From NCBI GenBank assembly GCA_051942205.1, contig JAVECO010000067.1, forward strand, positions 1 to 64,000: DNA of 64,000 bases, read 5' to 3'. The notes under the pieces are model-generated. The model was not told the DNA's origin and ran no database searches. It worked only from the letters and a program-made list of their open reading frames with translations. A program made the translations under genes and the position numbers. Every line of letters begins with the position of its first letter. The stretch's first letter is position 1. Origin of the DNA: Coniocarpon cinnabarinum (Eukaryota). Below are positions 35,902 through 48,800 of the stretch, piece after piece.

Positions 35902-38900
35902 ATGATGTCTGCTCCAAATGTGCCCCAGCGTCCGGCACGCTCTTTGCACAAGGACAAGAGCTCGGACACCCCTTCCGACGTTCCGCAAGTCCCCCCACGT
36001 CCTCAAAGGATCTCGGCTTCCTCCAAGTCCCGCGATAGAGAAGCCAGCGCCCGTTCTCCTTTGAACGACGCCGGGTTCGCTCCCAATGGCTCCATTCAAA
36101 ACACCCCAGCCAACAATCTTACCAACGAGGATCTGAAGCGTCCCCCAAGCGTGCCATCTCTGCCTCTCGTCGGTCAGGAAGGCATGGAATACGCCTCCTT
36201 GACAAACCCCCAGGTCGCTGCCATCCAGAAGGCTGAGTCCACTTCTTTGCCCAAGAGCCCTCAGGAGACTAGGAATGTGGCTAGCGACCTACCACTTCAT
36301 GCACCCAAAGCCTCAGCTTCTCCAATGACGCAGAAAACCCGCGTGGCCGCTGTGACTCGGACAGACTCCGAAAGAGCGTCGGCGGCGGGAATTGGGAAGC
36401 CAAAAACAGATTACGTTGAGCCTGACACGCCGATGTCCCGTGACGAGTATCGACCTCCGTCTGCTGCGTCAACCGAAAGACCCGGATCTTCACAGGCACA
36501 GTCAATGTACGAGGTTGAGGAGGGCATACCGTCATTTGGAGCTACGATTCCGCTGTATCCGAATGCTGGTGATGTTCAGGCTCCGACACCTGCTCCAGGG
36601 TCAGCTGGTCTGACTCCAACCGACCTGAGTCGACCGGGCACCACCGACGGCCGTCGGCGAAGTGCTCTTGGTTTCCATGGACCGCCTGGCAGCTACGGTC
36701 TGCACGGCCATGGCCAAGCTCCACATGATAAGTTTGAAAAGGCTTGGTATGAGAAGCATCCTGAGGAGCTAGCGAAAGAAGAGGAGAACATTCACCATGC
36801 GGCTGCGCATGATGAGAGACCCTCAATGGCAATGAGCAGCGACAAGCTGAACAAGCTTGTGCATGACACAGGGCGATCTGCGTCAGGCTTTGGTAAGTCT
36901 GCAAGGAGACTAACGCGCACATGTTGAGTACTGACACGTGCAGGTACTAACCCTGAAATGATCGGAACCCCAACGGAAGCCATTGGCTACCAAGCAAGCT
37001 TTGAGTACGCTGCACGATCGCAGACGCCGCAAGCTGCTCATCACACGAGACGCCGGTCGTCGCGCCCAAGCTCCTCTTCGTACGCCGAGTCGCCCTTGAA
37101 AAAGACCTTCTCGGCTCAGGAGTACTCCGATGGTGCCGATGCCGTTGAGCGTGAAGCCGAAGACGAGAAGGTTCACGTAGTACCGCCGACTAGGCCACAG
37201 GGAAAATACTCGGGCGCGGGCTACGACCCGCCAACAGAAAACCTTGGTCCATCTGGTGGCAACACGGACGAGCGAGGCGGCTGGATTAATGAGCAAGGCG
37301 AAGGTGTTCCCATACTTGCGTCTGATGAAATTGCCAAATATCCCTCGACTGACTGGATGCAACCAGCCGTCTCACCTGCGCTGCAAGCTACCGAGGACGA
37401 ATATCTGTCGGCTGCTGACTCTGATGTGCAGCCCTCATACCGATCACATCAAAGAAGCCGTAGTAAGGGTCATAGCAGACCTAGCAGTGTTCACTCGCAC
37501 AGTAGCTTGAGTCGTTTCAATACCCATGACGAAGGATTTGGTACACCTTTGGAAGAGATTGAAGAGTATGAACCTCTCTTCGGTGAAGATGAAGAAGACG
37601 AGTCAAAACGCGCCAAAGCCTCTGCCGCCAAGCGACCCAAGACTTTGCAACAGCAACACTTCCCAAGTCAGGATATTTGGGAAGATACGCCTGATAGCCT
37701 TCGTCTGGAGGCAACAGTCGCCACGCCAGAACCGACGGCACCTCTCGGAACGGGGACGGACAAAAAGACAACAGCAGTTTTTGAGCCACCAGAAGCCGAG
37801 CTTGAGCGCAAAGCTGAGTTTGCTGAGGCAGAGCGAAGAAGCGCTCTCAAAGACCCGAGTAAAGGTCTTGTGAAGCCCAAGTTCAGCCCTGGCGTCCAGG
37901 AAGAGCTTTATCATCGACCTGGGTTGCGCCAAAGGTTTCCTAGTAGGGACATTTGGGAAGATACGCCTGACAGCCTGCGCCTGGAAACTACAGTGGGAGA
38001 CAACGAAGCTGTAAATGTAGACGCCAGATCACCAGATTCAACACAGAAACCAATAATACCCGCAAGACCAAATCGGTCAAAAGCCGAACATGTTTCAGAT
38101 GCGCCATCAATACCCGCAAAACCACAAGCCAAGGAGCCAGCCACGATTCCGGATCGCTCTAAGCCAACCATCCCCCACCGACCTGCACGTAGTCTCAATA
38201 AGGAAACGTCAGATCCAAGCTCTCTCACTAAAACCACCAGCGCGGAGAGTACGTCGTCTGCTGAGGCAATGCCAGCAGCTGTTCCGAAAGCCAAGCCTGC
38301 TGTGCCAGCACGGCCTTCTGGCAGCAGCAAATTCGCTTCCATCAAAGCGGGTTTCATGAGTGACCTGAATAGTCGTCTTTCAAAAGGTCCTGCTCCTCCA
38401 CCAAAGCCACTGCAAGAAGAAGCTCAGCAAGAACCCGAAGAGAAGGCACCATTAGGAGATGCGAGAAAAGGTCGAGCGCGTGGCCCAGCGCGGAGAAAGC
38501 CCGCTGTCTCACCCGCACCATCTAGCGGCCAGACTACCACCACGTTTGGCAACCTCAGCATCGCAGAGCCGCGAGTGACGTGGTCGATTGATGCTGCAAG
38601 CGCGACTGCGTTGCAGGTCAATACTGGTCTTGGTCATACTACGCCACAATCTACATTACCAGACGTGCCTCAATTGGTCGGTGACATTCCTGCTAGCAGT
38701 CCCTTGGCCACGAACACCGCTGGAGAGCATCTACAGCCCAAGGCGGAAACGCAACAAATCAGTGCCGGCCATCTCGCTCACGGACCCTCTGTTACAATGG
38801 ACGCCCGCGCTCGTCGTGAGTCTGCAGCAGCCACAGAACGTCTTAGGGAACTTGAAAGCGACAGAATCGGATTCGAAGGCGATGTGCCAGATCCGATAGT

Positions 38901-39090
38901 TGATCAACCAACGGGCGAACCGCCATCGGTACAAGAAGGAGAAGGCGCGCCTTTGAGCCCACAAAAGAGTGAGACGAAAAACAATTCTATGGACGTGGCG
39001 CCGACAGAGGCGGGTGTGCCTGTCGAAGCTGATGCACCTTTATTTGATGGCGCGTCAACGCTTGTCGACGCAATGGCTGATGACAAGTAG
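35902..39090 (+). CDS. AIM21: AIM21-like (DUF3210) Pro-rich actin-associated protein; exons 35902-36892 and 36944-39090
   Basis: PxxPxRP motifs, two FPSxDIWEDTPDSLRLE motifs, KAGFMSDLNSRL and LGDARKGRARGPARRKP. The intron GTAAGT..CTGAC..CAG joins the ORFs in frame. Confidence 0.8.
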
Positions 39091-39573
39091 GTGATTGATT
39101 TCCTGAAGTTTTGCATCTCAATTGGAATTCCATAACTGGTCTTCTGAGCATCAGGAAACGGAAACCATTCGACTTTATAGAGGTCACAAAAGCTTTCATT
39201 GTTCATTTAGCACGTCGGGACTCGGTCGCCTCACGTAGATCGTGTCTGCTGCGTCCTTTATCTGTCAGTGCCCAGACTGTTTGCTCGAGTGTTCAATTTG
39301 TCTTGATCAGTCGTCACACCACCCGTGCATCGTGTCACATTGCTGAAGGTATAGCAGCAAATGATGTTCTCGAGGCAACTCATGCAGAGACCGTTATTAA
39401 AGAGAGTCACAGAGCAAGCTGTGCGACAGGTCTGTATGCCTCGACCCCGCAGCTTACGTCTCACAAATTTCGGCGATCACAGTATTCGCCACTTCGACTT
39501 CTAAAGGTAATTCTCTGCTCGCCAACGTCCTTCAGCTTATCACAGACTTGTTGCTGCCTTGCTCTCAATAGCC

Positions 39574-42500
39574 ATGGAAGCGGTCGCCGCGCTAGCTCTT
39601 GCATGCAATGTCATGCAGATCGTCAGCCTTGGAGTTGAGACAGTGAACTTCGTCCGTGAGGCTTACCAGTCTTCGTCTGGCCTGTCTAAAGACAATGAAA
39701 CACTTGAGCAACGAACGCAAGCGCTTTCGAGCTTGCTGCAGAACCTTCGAGTCGCCGACAACGATGCAAATTCGTCGTTCCAGAATAAGGTGCGCATGCC
39801 TGACCCTGTGCAACGGTCTTTTGAGTATTGAGAACACCTATCATGATCTACAAATGAGGCGTTTCAACTTGCTGAGCAGTCACAGGATCGCGGAAAAGAC
39901 ACTGTCTTGCTTCATAGCTCAATTTCGAAATTGACAAGTGACTTGGCCACTAAAGGCGAAGCTAAGGCCCAGGAGCTCAAAACCGTATTAGACAAGCTTC
40001 GGCTTAGCGCAGACGACACGCGCTTCACTAGAAAATTGAAAGCCGCGAAGACAATTTTCAAACAAGACAATCTGAAAAGGCTTCAAGATGAGCTTGTTGC
40101 ACTGCAAAACGACATAGAGTTTCGTATGGTTGTTGATATTCGGCAGACTTGTCAAGATGCTCAAGCAGGGATGTTTGGAAAGTTGGATGACTTGCGCAGT
40201 GAGCACAAAACAATTGTTTGGGCAATCGCTGAGAATATGTCAAAGCTTGAAGTACGTGAAACGGCGATTGCCAAGCTATGCCTACACAAATTCTGCACAA
40301 GGCTTCATCATCCAAAGCTCACCATGATCGTTTTCAGGACATTGTTAAACATGAAGGTGAAGATACAAGGCTGGCTATTGGCAGGCTTGAGACTTCATTC
40401 GCACGTCAACAACGACTTGAGCAGAGGAAAGAGCTGATTGAAAGCTTCAAATTCGACAACAAGTTCGCACGCCAAGAAAGAATCCATCCGGCTGCGCACA
40501 ACACTTATCATTGGATTCTTGATGATGCACAGGCCTCCAGCTTCGACAACTTCAGAGAGTGGCTTCAAAACGACCAACCACTCTATTGGGTACGTTTAAC
40601 AATCCATTCCATGCGCGTTTGTCCACCCTTTGCCCCCATCCTAGCGGGCGTTTAGTGCGCCGACACTTTTTTCTCTCAATCAAGTCAGCATCTTTGGGCT
40701 TAGTTATTCGAGTGGCATTTCTCTTTCCAACGGTCAGAGCCACGCGCATGATGCATGAAAGACATGCCATGCGAGCTCTCACTCACCCTGACCAAGACAC
40801 TTCTTGCGTCATGCGGCAACAAAAGAGCTACTCACTTTTTCTAAATGATCCGCAGTCGCAATTAGCAGCACGGTCTACACATCTAGTCCAGGGACTTGTG
40901 ACGATCCCTTGTTACTGTTCTGACTGACCTTCGGTGGTACAGATTTGTGGCAAAGTGGGCTCCGGTAAGAGCACCCTAATGAACTACATTTGGGGTTATC
41001 GCAAGGAAGATAGGGTAAAGTTATTGTCTCAGTGGGCTGCTGATAAGAAATTGGTAACCGCTGCTGTTTTCTTCTGGAATCCCGGCTCAGAAATGCAGAA
41101 ATCATTGACTGGATTACTTCGTTCTCTCATCTTTCAGAGTATGTGATGTGTTGCATTGGTCAATGCTACCTCGTGTACCCGCGTATGCTGCAGATTTGAT
41201 GCTAACGTGCACCCGAAGTTCTTAAAGAATGTCCGGAAATAGTCGACGATCTTCCCAGCGAAGCGATTCGACCAGTCAGCGTTGCAAACCCGTGGAATGA
41301 AGGCAATCTGCGCGAGCTACTATATCGTCTCATCTGTCTGACACATGTTCGTTTGTGCTTCTTCATTGATGGACTCGACGAATTCGGTGATGGCAAATTC
41401 CATTCCAACGACGTGCTCACAGATTTCCTTCAATCACTACTGAAAAAGGCTTCCCAAACGAGAACTTTAAAATGCTGTGTATCGAGCAGACGTGAAAAGT
41501 CGTTTAAAGATGCGTTCGAGGCCGTGCCGAAACTTCAAATGGAAAATGTCAACACTAAAGACATAGAAAAATACGTTTCTCAAGAACTTGGACGTTTTGC
41601 GAACTATCAAGTCACGGCAGAAGTCTCGGACAAGGCAGAAGGGGTCTTCGTATGGGTGAGACTCGCGGTTCAAAACCTGAAAGCTGGTCTGGCTTTTGAT
41701 GAAGATTATCCTACGTTGATGCGCCGTCTCGAAGAAATGCCCGGAGAGCTGTATGAGCTGTACGCTCATATGTTTGCGAAAGTAGACAAAGTCCACTACG
41801 AAGAAGTCGCTTGGTTTCTCAAGATCGCTGCTTTTAATGAAAATTTTGAAAGACGCCTATCTCTTGTCCACCACACGTTGGGTTTTTTTGACAAATATCT
41901 CGACAGCCATCGACTCCTATGGACGCCCGCAAGGATCAATACCCTTCGAGGAGATTGTGAGCACATGCTAAAACGTGTGCTTTATCGATCAGCTGGGTTC
42001 ATCGAAATGTCACACTTGCCTCCGGGAGATCTGAAATTCGAGTATTGTGCTGCAACTCGGTGCGATCAAACCTCAAATGAAGCCCCTGACTCCGAGAAGG
42101 TGCCTAAAGACATCGACTTCGCAGTGCTCCCAGACCGTCTTGCTGTAGACTTTTATCTACGTCGCTCACATATTACACTAACGCATAGATCGGTCTTAGA
42201 ATTTCTGGAGTCTGGATGTTTCGCTCCACTTGATCAAGTTCCACTGGGATCAGCACGTCGACTGTATGTGAAGTCATGTACTGCTTACCTGACTTTAGTT
42301 CGAGACGGGGTTTTCTCCTGCGCTCATCAGGACTGCAAAGCTAGATTCATACGAGATGTATTTGAGCATGCGTTCTGCGCAGAAGCGGTCTCCGAAGTCG
42401 CGGACTGTCGCACTTTGAACATTCTGAACGAAACGGCAGAATCGATTTGGGGACCCCGATGGGTACAGCGTAGAGATGAAAGCGACCAAGGGGTATATGC

Positions 42501-43455
42501 CTATATGCACGACTTGATCTACGTAGACTTGGGTGTTTGGGATCAACAAAGCCTGTTCCTGAGCCTGTGTATATGGTATGAGCTTACTCATTACGTTCAG
42601 GAGACATTACCATTGTTGTGCATGGAAGCTTCTGACAAAAGGCAAGCTGTTCTGAATCAAACCTTGTTCATTGTCTCCGAGCTATGCATCGGAGAGGGCT
42701 TGTACTGGTCCGATGAGATCATCAGTCGCAGACAAGTGCGAATAATGGAGCTGCTCTTGGATGCAGGTGCTAATCCTTCCGAGCCTATACTCTATAACGC
42801 AACTCACACCACCCTGACCAGTTGGCAGAAACTAATAAAAGCTGTTGCTTTTCTTGTACTGTCACCGAGAAACCACGGGCCTTCCATAAAACGGTTCAAA
42901 AAACTGCAAACCAGCATCGACGACACACTTGCGAAATTTGATAAGCACGAGGTGGACTTTAGGACTTCAGTTCCGATCGCGATCGCGATGTCTCACCTGC
43001 ACAAGAAAGAACGCCACGTCTTCGTCCTCACGCTCACATGTCCAGTCAAATCCGTCGTTGCGTTTCACGGACAAGGAAACAAAAAAGCTGTCAGGCCCAT
43101 GGATGTCTCACAAATGAAGATTCATCACCTCACGTACATGCGAGCTGAATTTTGCCATCTCCTCCCCCACACGGAACAAAATTTCGAGGTTAGTGAGGAG
43201 GAATCTCACTTTTTGCAGGATCTACTTCTTCGAACACTCTGGCACGCGCCATTGTCCTACACAGATACCCGTGGAGAGGGTGTACCAGCATGTATCTCCG
43301 AACTTCAGGACATCGTTGACCGGCGGAACCTCAACGAACAATGTCCGGATGCCTCTAAGATTATTTTTCCATCGGATACAACTGCGCCCAAGAATTTCAT
43401 GAATGACATGGTATATCATTATCCCATAATATACGAGCAGTTACTCACGATCTGA
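39574..43455 (+). CDS. NACHT-domain NLR-like STAND protein with a helical N-terminal (HeLo-like/SesA-type) domain; exons 39574-39789, 39886-40251, 40338-40589, 40943-41138, 41219-43455
   Basis: MEAVAALALACNVMQIV N-terminus; TYHWIL; YW|ICGKVGSGKSTLM Walker A; FFIDGLDE Walker B; KAEGVFVWVRL; HRSVLEFL. All four introns are phase-consistent. Confidence 0.9.
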
Positions 43456-44310
43456 GTTCTTCTAAAAGCTGCCTGCACGGAACTTGTGTCAAGGAATTGA
43501 ATGTAGCTAGCTGGATTGAGTTTCTTAGCATAGCGAAACTTTCCCGAATGCTCTATGCATTTATGCCCGACGATGGGAATAATCGAAACCAACGCTCACA
43601 GGATGGCGACAAGTAATTAAGGATGGTCTACACCTGATCAAAGATCCTTTTCACAAAGCTGCGCACCTTTAAGCGAAGGTCAAACTCGACTGCAGTACCA
43701 CAGACTTCATGTCTGCAAACAAGAACGATGATTGGTGAAATATGAGGACCACGTTACGGGTTCATTGTTCTTTGAACGAGGTAAACCTCGCGATGGTTGT
43801 GCGACTTATTGTAACAGGGGATTGGCCGCCAAGTTGCTCTACTTACGAAGGTGCTGTTGCAATACAGACTTCACAAGGCTATCCGTACAACTTCAACGCT
43901 CGGAGTCTAACGATCGAGAAGAAGCATCCACATCCAGTCACTCAGCCACTTGTCAACTGACCAAGAACTCGGAAATCCCGTTTAGGAATACCTTCCCAGT
44001 TGGTCAGATGCTACATAAGTCCTACATCCAACAGCCATTTACTAACCTTATCAGTATCTCTGTGCTTGGCAACTCGGTCTTTCTACGGTCAATCTGTCCA
44101 CATCACAAACCGCAACGCTGTCCATTTGCTGTCCAGGTCGGCATACAAAAGTTTGGATCCAGCAGCATGTTCACTCCACTCTGCAGACTTTCCATCAGTC
44201 AAGAATACCCAGATACCCTCAGATACCCAAAAACCCAACTCCTAAAAAAGCCTTGGACAACCACAACCCTTGAGCTTCTAGACAGTTCGATAATCCAAAC
44301 CACCACCAAT

Positions 44311-44640
44311 ATGGTCCTCGGCTTCCACCCCTTCCACTGGATGCACACCCACCTCGACCGCGCCATCCACTGTCCAGGCAATAGCATGCACCGCCTGAAC
44401 CCAATGAAACATCGCAATGCCAACTTCGACGAAGCCGCCGATCTGAATATGTATAACACTTCTGCTACCGGCTCTGGCACTGGATCCGGTTCAGGCTCTG
44501 GTTATGGATCTGGATCTGGATCTGGTTCGGGCTCGGGGAATTTGGGAGGGGCTGGTGGCCGTCGCAGTGGAGACTTAAATGAGGATGCGAGAGAGCGACG
44601 GGAGGAACGCCGTGAGGAGCGTCGTGCGAACATGGCGTGA
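44311..44640 (+). CDS. Small hypothetical protein (109 aa): His-rich N-terminus, (GS)n tract, Arg/Glu-rich tail
   Basis: AATATG start after a CA-rich leader; C-ending codon bias; this is the 3' part of ORF 43732-44640. Confidence 0.6.
   Translation: MVLGFHPFHWMHTHLDRAIHCPGNSMHRLNPMKHRNANFDEAADLNMYNTSATGSGTGSGSGSGYGSGSGSGSGSGNLGGAGGRRSGDLNEDARERREERREERRANMA
44467..44540 (+). repeat. Coding hexanucleotide repeat (GGATCT/GGNTCN) encoding a Gly-Ser tract
   Basis: GGATCT GGATCT GGATCT and variants are directly visible. Confidence 0.85.
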
Positions 44641-45854
44641 TGCTCATGTTCTTCCAGGCTCATTCTGTCCAGCTGGGTTGAGGAAGTCAACTCAGCGGAC
44701 GGCAACTGCGTGGGTTGAGTGAATGGACTGACGAAGGTGGAAGCTCCACCTTATGAAAGATATCCTGCACGGCTTGTGGTTGGCGTCTTGTATTCACACC
44801 TATGACAAATGGAGTTTTGGTGTCGCTACACGATCTTTTCTTGGGTATGCTGTGACTGCTGTGCCTCTGATCGTGCGTATGGATTCACGCACGTCTACCG
44901 TGCACTGTCGTGTGCGCGTGCATCTTCCTTTCCTTTCCTCCCTCGCATTCTCACGATGCTGCTTCTAATCTCTGTCGCAATGGTCGTTTCGTCTCCACTC
45001 ACTGACGTCGAAAAATTAATGCTGAAGTAACACGTATCAAGACGGCGCATCGAAAACCCCAAGAACACGCACTGAAACGACACATATCTAAAAGAACAAA
45101 AGGAAAAGCGGATTGAAAACTCGATGAATGCCAAAGATGTACATCTGTGCATGCGTCACTTCTATGTAGCTACGCATCACGAGTTCTCTCAAAACAATCT
45201 CCAAGCCCAGAAACAGTCCCGATTTTCATCTTTGGAGTTGCAGATGCCAAACCCGATCAGGGCAGTGACTGCGCTTGAAGATGCCTAAGATTAAATAAAT
45301 AATAAGCGTTTATATTTCTAGATCCCAGGGAACGGTGATATTGACTCAGTAGTGAGCAGCTCTGGCGATGACCAGTGTTCTCGCACAAGAATGGAGCAAT
45401 CGGACCTGTGGATGAATGAAATAAACTCACAAAGTGACAACTTTCATTATACCGCAACGGTCGGATGATGTTAAAGTTTCGTAGTCCCGATAGTCATCTG
45501 ACTCAAGAACATGAAGCAAGTCATAGCTCCCCTTGCTCAGCTTGATGCTGCAAAAAGGACAGTGGGCAAAGGAGCGGACGTCGACCGGTGGGATTTTCAC
45601 AAGCGACACCAGACATTGGATGGTGACGAGCTCATTGAGCTCGCGTTGTAGATTCTCGTCATGCTATCGTAAAGTACACGGCCGTGATGGCATTCGACTC
45701 ATACAGTCCATCGTCTCCCACGTGCGGGATTCACTTACAACGCCCTGCTAAGCAACTGACCCTTCTCCTTCTCCTTCTCACACGACTCGTCGTTCTCCTG
45801 CTTAGGTCCCGTTCAATCACACACTCTTAGCGCAGCGAATGTGCCAAAGTACAA

Positions 45855-48800
45855 TCACGCATCCATCATCTCCGCGTCCGCATCATCCAGAAACGTCCCC
45901 TGCGACGCTGGCGTCTCCTGAGTAGCCCCAAAAAGCTGTGACGTCGTGGTCTCCGTGCCGGATGTCATGCTATTTTGCGATAGTACGACATCACTAGGAC
46001 CCCACTTCCCTTCCCAGACGATGGCACCCGCTCGACGTCGTCCAGCAACCCATAAACAGCCCGTCATCTCCAGCACTTGATCGATCACGGGTCGTTCCAG
46101 CGGCAGTGGCGCCATCATCCAATGTACTACATTATCAAGCGACGCAGGATGAGCCGACTCAAACATAAATGTGGGCGGTTCGATCAACTCCGTTGATGGC
46201 CTTTTCTCCACGCGCGGAGTGGTGAGCGACTCTGCAGAGATCATACGCGTGTCATTGTTAGAGTCGACTTTGCTGATATCGGGTCGCGACGAGTAGACCG
46301 TATTCGGACTGAAAGGGCGATTGTTGTAGTCACCGGATGCAAAATTATCGCTGTAAACCTGGAACTGGCTATCGCTCGAGGCGGACGTCAAACTGGGTAG
46401 ACCAGAGAAGTCACCAGAGCGCAATTTATGCCAGTTTGTCCCGTTGTCAGGTGGCACGCAGTTCCCTGCAATTTCATACATCATCATGCCAAAGGCGAAG
46501 ATATCCGCAGGCTTGTCGAAATTGCCCATGAGTAGGTCCGGTCCCATGTATCGTCTATCGCCCTCGCCCTCAACAGATCTAGGCGCCGGCCAATCGCAGG
46601 CGAGACCGAAATCCCCGATTTTCAGCGTGCCCGAGAAATCGATAAACACGTTCTCGGGTTTGAGGTCGAGATGGAGGAATCCGGCGTCGTGGATGTGTTT
46701 GAGTCCAGTGGCGATCTCGAGCATGATTTTCCAGATGCGGAAGTCGTCCAGCCGTCCGTTGTGGCCGGTTCGCTGGAGAAAGGCGTCGAGGGAGCCTTCT
46801 TCACAGTACTCGGTCATAAGATAGAGGTGGCTGCGGGCCTCCCAACTGTCGACTAGCGTGACGATGTGCTCGTGATGACCCAAAGCTTGCATAACCTGGA
46901 CTTCGCGCGAGGTTCGCTCTCTGACTCGAGAGCCGTGGAGTGGTGCTTTCGACTTCTTGACAACGTAAACGGTGTCAGAGATAGGCATTGACGTTGATCT
47001 GCTGAATGACCGGCGTGGCTGTGTTGGAGACAGAAATGAGCCAGATGTGGAGCGCTGCTGAGATTCGTGAACCTTGAACACATCCGAGAATTCCCCACGA
47101 CCAAGCCAAACGACTTTTCTGAACCGTTCCGAGAGCACCGGATCTACTTCGTGACTAGCAGCGTTGTGATGAGAAGGTGTCATGACTGTCCCCATTTGAT
47201 TCGGAGATCCGTCATTTCCGTGATGGCACGAAGGCGTCTCTGGTGCCTTGGACAGTGACGAGCGAAGACCACCACGCCAACTAGGCGTTCGTGCGCCTCG
47301 CCATGTAGGTGATATAGATAACTGACTCGGATCTGGAACGCCCATTTCAGCTGGGGTTTGAGGAGCGACGCTGGGTGTAGTGGAGGACAGACCAAGGGAC
47401 TGCGAGACTATAGGAACACATCGAGTCTTAGTATCATTACATTTGTTGGAGTGTGGCTTGGAAACTCGCAGAGGTTCCTGCATCAAAGGAGACGGCTCTT
47501 TGCGGTCAAGTCGGCGCTCCGTCTGACGAGGTCTGGCGAGAGAGGAGAGGGGTGATGCTGAAGTCGAAGGGGGTGGGCTCTGCAACAGAGACTTCGCAGT
47601 AAAGTCACTTGTGCTTGCAGCGCGGGACTCCGGATCATGAGAGGGAGACTTACACAAATTCCGTGCAGATTCCGGCTCTTGAGGTTGTTGGTCAGCATCT
47701 GGTGGGGAGAAGGTGCTAGGTCCGATGGTGGTCCGTCTGCCAAAAAGACTACTCCTCAAGCTGACATTCTTCCCGTTGGGTTTTACGCTCGTGAAACCAA
47801 ACAGCTGTTTTGTTGGCGTTGGTGGTAGATCATCCGCGCTTGACTGGCTGTCCGCATGCCCGTGCGATCCGTTAGGAGATCGCCCAGAGTCGGAGCCATC
47901 AGTGCTTACAAAACTCGTACTACGGTTCAACGGCTCATGCTCGCTGTCATGAACAGCCGTTTCAGAAGAAAGCTGTGAGCCAAAAAGGGGTTTAGAAGAG
48001 CTCCGCTCGAACGCCTTCGCAGGTGCAGCAAACAAGGGCTGGCCAAATCTTGGCTTCGCAATGCCAGTGATGGCAGGAGGCGAGACTCCATCAGAAACTT
48101 CGCGTATATTCGACATTGGCATTTTTTTGCATGGTGTGTCTGGCATGGCTTTGAATCCACCTGCTGGTGGCGGTGGCATATCGTCCGGGTTTCGATGGCG
48201 TTTGGAGATCAGTCCCGTCGATCGGAACGCTGCAGGATCTGGCCTCGCATCGTCAAAAGGCTTTGGCGTCGTAAAGGTGATCTCGTCGGACGACGAGACT
48301 TGTGAGCTTTCTAAACTCTGACGGAGCTGCGGGCGAATGGCGCCAATTGGGAGAGACTTAGAGAATGACGGCCGTTCGTTCGGAGTGTCGGGAAACACCC
48401 TTTGCGTATTCGATGCATGGCTGAATTCCGACTGAAGCGGAGAGGCTGGGGTCATCGTCCTAGAAAGGGGGTGTGGCTGTGGACGCGCTGGCTTTGCGAA
48501 TTCATACCGCTGGTCCGCAACGCCAGGAATCGGTAACTCGGAGGCGTCATTTCGTTGTCCGATACCACCATCAAGTGATATTCTTGCCTTGTTTCTCGAT
48601 GAGTTTTTTCGGGGCGCAGGAGTGCTGAAGTCCAGCTCGAGGCTCTGACGATTCCGGGGGTTGGAACCTCGGTCGGACGGCCGGAAAGGTACATGCTTCT
48701 TACGAGTAGTACCCGTTGGTCGTGTGGTCGCGATGCCGCGGTGTGGCACATGTTCCGAATCTGACTCGTCGCCTGAGAACTGCATTGGTTCGGTTCGCGA

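Noticed and set aside
35312..35905. 197-aa ORF ending at the AIM21 start
   Set aside because: It has no ATG at its start, overlaps the pyrimidine-rich promoter/leader, and shows no motif.
43732..44310. N-terminal 193 codons of the 302-aa ORF
   Set aside because: Non-ATG start and non-coding-like composition; the real start is more likely ATG 44311.
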